DNA of 53,487 bases from a virus (taxonomy: Duplodnaviria > Caudoviricetes), in the IMG/VR virus record IMGVR_UViG_3300031028_000001, positions 1 to 53,487 of that record; one strand, given 5' to 3'. Each line of letters opens with the position of its first letter. Within the stretch, counting starts at the first letter, position 1. Under the pieces are notes generated by a model. The model searched no databases and had not been told where the DNA came from. It worked only from the letters and a program-made list of their open reading frames with translations. Below are positions 47,263 through 53,487 of this stretch, piece by piece. A program made the position numbers and the translations under genes.

Positions 47263-47341
47263 GGTTCGGTCCTTGCTACAACGAAACCGGGGTAGTTTAC
47301 CGCCCCCTCCGCGAGGCCGAACGCCGTGCCGACGCTGTCGA

Positions 47342-47788
47342 TTACTTGCCGACGGGGTGCTTGGGCGAATACGTCCCTTGCGTGGGGTGGATCACCGGCG
47401 CGGGTTCATCCGCGATGGGTTCCGGATAGATGACGGTCGGATCGTTCTCCAGCACAACTTCCTTTTCGCCTGGCTCGTAGGTGGCCAGCTTATACGTGAA
47501 CGCCACGTTGTGCTTATCGGCGATGGCCTGCAGCAGTTCGCCATCCGGATCGGCGCCGTCGTGGTCGGCCTTGTAGTCGGCTACCGCTCGCACCACTTCG
47601 AAATCCTGTTCCGTCTGGGCGTTGGCTTTTTTCTCCACGCTATTCAGCTTGCGCGCCACCGGGGGAAACGGATGCGGAGGCTGGGTCGGAACAGTTCCAG
47701 CGAATACCGCGTCCAGGTCGAGCGCTGGAATAGAGAAGCGCGCGGGGTTGCCGAGCAACGATCTTGAGTCTGCTACTTTGCCTATCAT
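47342..47788 (-). CDS. Hypothetical protein
   Basis: AAGGA RBS, ATG start. Confidence 0.6.
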   Translation of the reverse strand: MIGKVADSRSLLGNPARFSIPALDLDAVFAGTVPTQPPHPFPPVARKLNSVEKKANAQTEQDFEVVRAVADYKADHDGADPDGELLQAIADKHNVAFTYKLATYEPGEKEVVLENDPTVIYPEPIADEPAPVIHPTQGTYSPKHPVGK

Positions 47789-47808
47789 TTTCGATTCATT
47801 CCTTTTTG

Positions 47809-48027
47809 TTATGCCGCCGGCGGCAGCGGGGCGATCTCACGTGGCCGCTTTTTCATCTCGATGACTTTCGGTTTTGGCGGCATGGGAGCCAGTTCGGATC
47901 TGCACGGAAAAGGAGGCAACTCATCGACAATCTCTAGGACCGCGTGAATTCGTGCAATCTGAAGCAGTGCTCCCATGTATGCCTGTTCCCATGGTGCGCA
48001 CTGTATTTCAGACCGCGCTATCCCCAA
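47809..48027 (-). CDS. Hypothetical protein
   Basis: ORF track only. Confidence 0.4.
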   Translation of the reverse strand: MGIARSEIQCAPWEQAYMGALLQIARIHAVLEIVDELPPFPCRSELAPMPPKPKVIEMKKRPREIAPLPPAA

Positions 48028-48149
48028 TATGGCTGTATAAAGTACCGTCCAAATGGATGAAAAAGGCCGCTAACTGTCAGGAATGCCACAGTTTTGAAGC
48101 CGGATTCATCGGAGCGATATCATCCAAAAGGAGCACTTCGATTTAGAGA

Positions 48150-48479
48150 GTGCGCTGCTTCGACTTTGAGAACCATGATGGCGAGCTTGTTCCGCACGTT
48201 GCGTTGTCACTGCGCGAGCGCCAGATTTTGAGCCTGCTGGTTCGCTGTCATCCGATCCGAGACATCGCCGATATTCTGGGGATTTCCCCGCATACGGTCA
48301 AGTCCTGCCTGCGCAAACTCAGCGTGGCATTAGAGTGCCATGGGCGGGCCGAGCTGGTCAGGTGGAGTCTGTGTTATCCGCAGGCGTTGGGAGGAGGCGC
48401 GGCGCCGCAGGTGGTCCATGCGGAAGGGTGTCTGTGTGGAGCGGCGTATTGTCAGATTGGTATTCACCGGGTCGGGTGA
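48150..48479 (+). CDS. LuxR-type HTH regulator
   Basis: LSLRERQILSLL...IRDIADILGISPHTVKS; Cys/His-rich tail. Confidence 0.82.
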   Translation: MRCFDFENHDGELVPHVALSLRERQILSLLVRCHPIRDIADILGISPHTVKSCLRKLSVALECHGRAELVRWSLCYPQALGGGAAPQVVHAEGCLCGAAYCQIGIHRVG

Positions 48480-48563
48480 GAATTCTGAAGTGCTGGTTTA
48501 GAATTCTCATGGCTTGGGCGACTCTCGCTCGGTTCGCGGCGCTTCGAACATTGGAACATTCCC

Positions 48564-48649
48564 ATTGGGGCTTCGCGACGTTCAGCCGCTTACGTCGTCT
48601 TGATGGCTCTTCAGCGCCTCGGTGTCAGGGCTGCTTTTTGCGGGCGTTG
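48564..48649 (-). repeat. Dispersed five-box repeat, copy R13 (inverted)
   Basis: Reverse complement: CAACGCCCGCAAAAAGCAGCCCTGACACC...AAGAGCCATC AAGACGA CGTAAGC GGCTGAACGTCG CGAAGCCCCAAT. Confidence 0.8.
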
Positions 48650-48800
48650 TCGGGTCATTGATCCGTAACGCAGCCTCCGCTATCAACCTAGCCTCGTCTC
48701 CATCGTGCGCAAGCCCTGGCAGCGCGATGATCTCCCGGAAAGCGCTCTCGTAACGCTCGATCTTGGCCAGCAGGTACCCGACGCTACGTTTAGTTAACAC
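48582..48800 (-). CDS. Small hypothetical protein bracketed by R13/R14
   Basis: GAGAGGGAGAG then GTG (VLTKRSVGYL...); the C-terminus reads into R13. Confidence 0.55.
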   Translation of the reverse strand: MLTKRSVGYLLAKIERYESAFREIIALPGLAHDGDEARLIAEAALRINDPTTPAKSSPDTEALKSHQDDVSG

Positions 48801-48814
48801 GGCGCTCTCTCCCT

Positions 48815-48898
48815 CTCTACGCAAAGCCTTGCACGGCAGACCACCGCTCAACAGCCATCCATCATAGCGCGCGATTGAAAGGCATCGAAGCACCCAAG
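48815..48898 (+). repeat. Dispersed five-box repeat, copy R14
   Basis: CTCTACGCAAA...CGGCA...AACAGCCATC CATCATAG CGCGCGA TTGAAAGGCAT CGAAGCACCCAAG. Confidence 0.85.
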
Positions 48899-48968
48899 AG
48901 AAAAGACCGTCATGATACGGTGATGATAAATTATCAAGACCACATCATGATCCCCTCTGGCCCACCGC

Positions 48969-49370
48969 GTGCCTTCCTCACTGGTGATGCCCTCGTTTCT
49001 GTTTCGAATCGGTACACTCGCGTTGCTTTTTGGGACGCTGGCGCCTGGCTGTGTTCCAGAATGGAACGCCCGCGGCGAAGTGCGGGACCAGGGGCGGCCG
49101 CCGGCAGTCAGCAGGCCGAGCATACGGCACCGCGCGAATTACTGCGTCACGTGCGAGCGAACGCCAGCCGGCCGGATTCGTCGCAGCTCAACCGCGCGGC
49201 GCACGTTTGAACGTTTGCAGCCTTGCCCGTCGACGGGAGCGGAAACGGGATCCTGCCCTGGCTACGTGATCGACCACATCGTGCCGTTGAAGCGCGGCGG
49301 CGCCGATTCACCGGACAACATGCAGTGGCAGAGCATCGAAGAATCGAAGGCCAAGGACCGATTGGAATAA
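48969..49370 (+). CDS. HNH-motif protein with hydrophobic N-terminus
   Basis: PCPSTG...CPGYVIDHIVPLKRGGAD.P.NMQWQ...K.KD; start uncertain. Confidence 0.8.
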   Translation: MPSSLVMPSFLFRIGTLALLFGTLAPGCVPEWNARGEVRDQGRPPAVSRPSIRHRANYCVTCERTPAGRIRRSSTARRTFERLQPCPSTGAETGSCPGYVIDHIVPLKRGGADSPDNMQWQSIEESKAKDRLE

Positions 49371-49537
49371 TTCACCCAAGCACCGATTGGCGCGGGTTTG
49401 GCGAGGCTTGGCGCGGCATTCCACTACGTCTCGACGTCACTGCACAGATGCGCAATATGGTATTCCCAATCAGGACGAATAAGGTCGTTATCCTGCATTC
49501 AACCTTCAAGTGATGGTTTAGCTGCTCAAGCGATGCT

Positions 49538-49813
49538 TTAACTCTTGGCGCCGGACGCCGGCTCTTCCACGATGACGCGGAATCTGAATTTCTGAGCCTC
49601 GTGGGTGAGAGTGCGGTATGCCTGCATGAAATGCTTGATGGGTTCCCTGACCGAGATTTCCTCGAAGCTCACTCCGCAACCGCCGCACGATGCTGGGGCC
49701 TGAGTGTTCGCGCCGGCGTCAATCGTAAGCCTAGCCTTGCAGTTGGAGCACGTGATCTCCAGATACCGGAGATCGGTGAAATCGAGGGCGGTCAGTTTGG
49801 TCATGGAGAGCAT
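49538..49813 (-). CDS. Zn-ribbon hypothetical protein
   Basis: CSNC ... CGGCG. Confidence 0.65.
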   Translation of the reverse strand: MLSMTKLTALDFTDLRYLEITCSNCKARLTIDAGANTQAPASCGGCGVSFEEISVREPIKHFMQAYRTLTHEAQKFRFRVIVEEPASGAKS

Positions 49814-49814
49814 G

Positions 49815-50036
49815 TTAACTCTTCGGCAGTGAGATCTTGCCCCTGCCTCCGAGCGAGATGCCCTGCGCGTCGAGGGTTGGCACCGGGCGCGCGTGGGTTG
49901 CGATCGGCGTGCGCTGCTTGCGTTGCCATTGCAGTTCTTCGAGAATGGCTGCGAGATACAGTTCGATCCCATAGCTCTCGGTCGTGGGTGATGGGGTGGG
50001 CAACCGCTTGCCGCTCAAGCTTTCCATAGGATTCAC
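49815..50036 (-). CDS. Hypothetical protein
   Basis: Coupled ORF. Confidence 0.5.
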   Translation of the reverse strand: MNPMESLSGKRLPTPSPTTESYGIELYLAAILEELQWQRKQRTPIATHARPVPTLDAQGISLGGRGKISLPKS

Positions 50037-50917
50037 TCTTTTATCCCGCCTTCAGCCAGCGCTTGCATGAAATCCTTTACGTGTCCGAGCACGCTCAACG
50101 CTCTGCCTTGGTCGTAGGGCACATCCGAAACATGCATGACGTGGTTCCGCCACGCATCCTTCAAAAACATGAAATGGGTTGCCGCTTGCGAGCAGAATTT
50201 CTGTTGCTCCTTCCAGTCGGGACCGAGGCTGGAATTCATTTTTCTGATTTCTTTCTCCACCGCTTCGATGACGTTGTGCCAGTTGGTATGACTGAAATCC
50301 ACACCGAACTTTACTGCCAGGGTGCGGAGCCCCCGCTCAAGAACTCTCATCAAATGGTATACAGCCGCCTCTCCTTGCTCAAGCGCGTAGCAGTTGCCGG
50401 CATCTCGAATTTCGGTGATGCACGACGGGAATGCTGTGTTAACCGCTATTCCGAACAGATCGTCTTTCTGGAAGTACTTCTCGTTTTCCTCCCGGATTCT
50501 GAGAAAGACCCGCTTCCGGAGTTCCGCAGAAAACGAAAACCTCAAAGTATCCAGATCGCTCAACATCTCGTGGTATGTATATGCCTCGCCTTTTCGAAGT
50601 ATCTGGGCCTCGTGGTGTGAGATCAGGCCTGAAGTGTGCTCCAAGGCTAGAGCATCGCATTCCTTTCGCATCTCGGAAAGAGATTTTGATAGCGCTTGAC
50701 GCAGTGAGGCGTCAACCGTCGTCGGGCGAGAACTGGAAGACATAATCTTGGCGTGTTGGTATTGGTTTTCAAGGTGGCAAACAACCTCGTAGAAACCGAA
50801 GGCGTACCTCTCCAGCATGTCCCATAGGCTCACCAGCCTGTTGGAATTCTCGCCGTCGAGGCAGGCTGGTAGCGCGTCCTTACGGGAAGAAACCGCTTCG
50901 TCAATTGCCAACATCAC
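50033..50917 (-). CDS. HEPN-like domain protein
   Basis: A.YHLMRVLE.GLR helix and an Rx4H motif (WRNHVMH); start uncertain. Confidence 0.65.
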   Translation of the reverse strand: MMLAIDEAVSSRKDALPACLDGENSNRLVSLWDMLERYAFGFYEVVCHLENQYQHAKIMSSSSRPTTVDASLRQALSKSLSEMRKECDALALEHTSGLISHHEAQILRKGEAYTYHEMLSDLDTLRFSFSAELRKRVFLRIREENEKYFQKDDLFGIAVNTAFPSCITEIRDAGNCYALEQGEAAVYHLMRVLERGLRTLAVKFGVDFSHTNWHNVIEAVEKEIRKMNSSLGPDWKEQQKFCSQAATHFMFLKDAWRNHVMHVSDVPYDQGRALSVLGHVKDFMQALAEGGIKE

Positions 50918-51125
50918 AGCACCCGCGTAAGATGAAAAGTGCTGCGAACCCGCGTCAACGGGTTGGCGGTTTTTTCCAGTAAGAGTTTTTTGGGGGCCAC
51001 TTTCCGTGGCCCTTCGCTTTCCTTAGCCTAGCAACGCTGTCCTCTGAACGCGACACTTGTGTGCTGTCCTGACAACAGACGATGGGCTATTTTTCTTCGG
51101 GCAGTGGCCGTTTCAGCATGGGCCT

Positions 51126-51211
51126 TTTGTGGGCCTCGATGCGTTCAGGCGCTCGCGTTCACCGCATGACTGAGCAATGTCACCCAGTCGTGCGAGTTCT
51201 TGCTGGCGTGG
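51126..51211 (-). repeat. Dispersed five-box repeat, copy R15 (inverted)
   Basis: Reverse complement: CCACGCCAGCAAGAAC...GTGACATTG CTCAGTCATG CGGTGAA CGCGAGC GCCTGAACGCAT CGAGGCCCACAAA. Confidence 0.9.
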
Positions 51212-51249
51212 TGTGGCATTGGCCATGCGAGTGCAGTTGTCGTTTGGAT

Positions 51250-51858
51250 ATGAAAAAACTGATGGCAGGCTTGGCATTATTCGCGGGCGCGGCTTTCGGA
51301 CAGGTGAATGCCGCAAGCCTTACAGCATCACAGGTTCAATCTGCGATTCAGAAAGGCCAGGAGTATAAATCTCCAGACAAGTTCCTCAGTAAAGGACTCC
51401 TGGGAAGGCGTGTGGAAATTGGCAGGTATACCACGGTCACTTTCTTTAACGACTGGCAGGACATTGCCCTTGCTTCCGCAGAGGCTCGGTTCGAGATGCG
51501 CGAATTGAAGGTTGTCGATACCCACCCTGTTGGACTGCTGCACGCGTATGTTGAAGTTCAGTTGAATACCAACGGCTTTACGGCATGGAACTTGAGAGAT
51601 GCTGAAAACGCCGACGCACATTCCCATCGTTCCAATCTCGTTATTACGATCAGCGGCAATGCAATTCAGCCAGTTGCACGTCGGGTTGTGGCGAACAAGG
51701 GCCACACGGTTGTGATGGCCTTCGATTTCGCCGTTTCGCCTGAAGATCTTTTGAACCCCGTGACGGTTACCACGATCGACGGGGACGACGGACGCCGGCA
51801 TCATAAGACGGCCGATCTGGCGGGAATCCTATCGCCTGAGTGGGATTCCAGGCATTAA
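51250..51858 (+). CDS. Secreted/periplasmic hypothetical protein
   Basis: Signal peptide MKKLMAGLALFAGAAFGQ. Confidence 0.7.
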   Translation: MKKLMAGLALFAGAAFGQVNAASLTASQVQSAIQKGQEYKSPDKFLSKGLLGRRVEIGRYTTVTFFNDWQDIALASAEARFEMRELKVVDTHPVGLLHAYVEVQLNTNGFTAWNLRDAENADAHSHRSNLVITISGNAIQPVARRVVANKGHTVVMAFDFAVSPEDLLNPVTVTTIDGDDGRRHHKTADLAGILSPEWDSRH

Positions 51859-52174
51859 ACCTGCTTCCCGAATCGTCCTTCGCCCTTCATTCGCTGAAAT
51901 CTTTCGTCCGGCCGTGTCAGCCCCATCACGGTACTGTTACACTGACGGTTTCGTTCTGGGATGGCTATGAGTTCCTCAGCTAAAAATCGGTACCCAGAAC
52001 AGTACTTACAATCGCGCTGTCGTGCGCAAAAATGAAATGTCGGGCGGGCCGGCCAGCCTTCCCGATTAGCAATAAGGATTGAGGACGGCGCAGGCCGGCG
52101 GCTCCCTCAGCCAATGGGTGTCTCCTGCGCCGCTTCCTCAGCCCTAAGACACGGGGCGAGCGATGGAAGCCCAC

Positions 52175-53110
52175 TCAGAGACCACGCATCGACGACGCGT
52201 TAGCCCGAAAGGGATCCCCCTCACGAAAGTATCTTCGCAGCGTGACCAGCGATCGATGGCCCGTCTGGCGCGCAATCGTAAATTCATTGACGCCGGCCGC
52301 GACGGCCGTTGTGACAAAACCGGAACGCAGCGAGTGCGCCGCATAGTCCCTGGGATTCAGATCGATACTGCGGATGGCGGCTTTCAGGATGTTCGCCACT
52401 GCGACAGGCTGCAATCGCTGGAAGGGCCACCGCAGACGGCGGAACAGCGGTCCACTGTCAGAGCCTCGGATCTCGAGATACGCGCGGAGGGCGCCTACGG
52501 CATCCGTTTCCGGTTGCTGCCCGGGTTCCACGCCGATCAATCGCCCTACGCCAGCCTGATCCTGTTTCTCGCGGTCCAGGACGACGACTATGCCCTTTGG
52601 GACCCATCGGATGTCATCCAGGTCCAGCGCCACGATATCCGATCTCCTCAGAGCCGTGGCGAAGGTCAGAGTGAGCACCGCCCGATTTCGGATGTCGCCT
52701 GGTCGTGTGCTTCCCAGCATTGCAGCGCAGATCCGGCGGAGGTCCTCGATCCGCAGCGGCGTCTTCTGGTCGGGCTTCTCGCAACGAAGTCTTTGCGCGG
52801 ATATCAGAAACTGCCGGATGGCGAGAGGTTCCGGAATTGGAATCCTAGCAGACCGATGCGCATCGTTCACGGCGTTCATGTAAACCCGCGCGCTTTCGAT
52901 CTTGCCTCCGGAAAGAAGCGAATCGGTGAGATACAGAATCACTGTTTCGGCCGACGCTGGAAATGGGCAGCGATTGGCGCGACCGCACCAAAGAGTGAAT
53001 CGCCTCCAGCTCTCTCGGTAGCAATCGCGAGTGCGCGGGGCCTGCACCGATTCGTCGATGCGCGCGCGGTAGTCGAACAGTTTTTTGAAGTCGGGGGAGC
53101 CTTCAAGCAT
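52175..53110 (-). CDS. Tyrosine recombinase (Cre-like), copy 2
   Basis: RNRAVLTLTFATALRRSDI, REKQDQ, HSLRSG, QTGH, RRY. Confidence 0.92.
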   Translation of the reverse strand: MLEGSPDFKKLFDYRARIDESVQAPRTRDCYRESWRRFTLWCGRANRCPFPASAETVILYLTDSLLSGGKIESARVYMNAVNDAHRSARIPIPEPLAIRQFLISAQRLRCEKPDQKTPLRIEDLRRICAAMLGSTRPGDIRNRAVLTLTFATALRRSDIVALDLDDIRWVPKGIVVVLDREKQDQAGVGRLIGVEPGQQPETDAVGALRAYLEIRGSDSGPLFRRLRWPFQRLQPVAVANILKAAIRSIDLNPRDYAAHSLRSGFVTTAVAAGVNEFTIARQTGHRSLVTLRRYFREGDPFRANASSMRGL

Positions 53111-53172
53111 CTGCCCACTGTGGTTACTTTACGGCGCGGAATTCAATCCGTACCCGGCCTGAAAAGTACCGG

Positions 53173-53200
53173 GACGCGCATAAGCCCAGTTATAGTGACT
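53173..53200. promoter_or_regulatory. dif-like 28-bp site upstream of recombinase 2
   Basis: GACGCGCATAA-GCCCAG-TTATAGTGACT (11-6-11), compared with E. coli dif GGTGCGCATAA-TGTATA-TTATGTTAAAT; overlaps CTCAGTCATC, box 3 of the repeat. Confidence 0.6.
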
Positions 53201-53487
53201 CAGTCATCGGGCAGTATTCAAAACAAAGAAGTTCTGAGGCTGGGGGGCCTATGGATATAGTATCCGAAGTGCCCGGGGTCCTCGCAGCACGCGCCGCGCG
53301 TAGTCCACCTTCCGTAACACTTTGACGCTCTGAACTGCACCCAGTCACTGCCAAGAAACGAAGTGCTGTTCCGAGCTGAACGCGTCCCGGAAGGCTATTC
53401 ATATTTCTACCACGGTTCTGTGGTCGATTGAAACCCTCTCTGGGCGCATTTCCTTGCGGCCCACCGGCGCGCCTCACCGCCGGCAAC

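Noticed and set aside
52120-52175. Possible further repeat copy (CTCAGCCCTA...GGAAGCCCAC) after recombinase 2
   Set aside because: Box spacing is too short and box1 is absent.
53334-53487. Circular junction joining the window end to ORF 12..995
   Set aside because: The frame would be open across the join, but there is no terminal overlap, no convincing start codon and no recognisable protein; chance is likely.

Overview
This GC-rich window holds most of a temperate, lambda-like siphophage or prophage; a host in the Acidobacteria is my inference from gene style only. Left arm (1-9400): the tail end of a replication-type gene, many small early ORFs, a tRNA-like RNA, and a compact three-promoter switch with a shared palindromic operator. 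Middle (9436-40868, minus strand): a complete late operon with cos-like site, terS, terL, gpW-like protein, portal, S49 protease/scaffold, decoration protein, gpE capsid, an out-of-place Mu-Gam-like gene, tail tube, tail chaperone with a -1 frameshift, tape measure, Dit/tail tip, discoidin-domain proteins and three large signal-peptide adhesin-like proteins (two with collagen repeats and beta-helix regions). Right arm: two Cre-like tyrosine recombinases, LuxR and receiver-domain regulators, a passenger-carrying IS1595 element with exact ends, an HNH protein and a HEPN-like protein. The most striking unexplained signal is a family of about 15 dispersed, degenerate ~85-90 bp repeats with five spaced boxes. 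They fill gene junctions in both orientations, and four inverted pairs each bracket exactly one accessory gene. Fragments of the repeat abut dif/loxP-like ATAA-N6/7-TTAT cores upstream of both recombinases. This is a candidate phage gene-cassette shuffling system, though the function is inferred. All calls were made by eye, without database searches.
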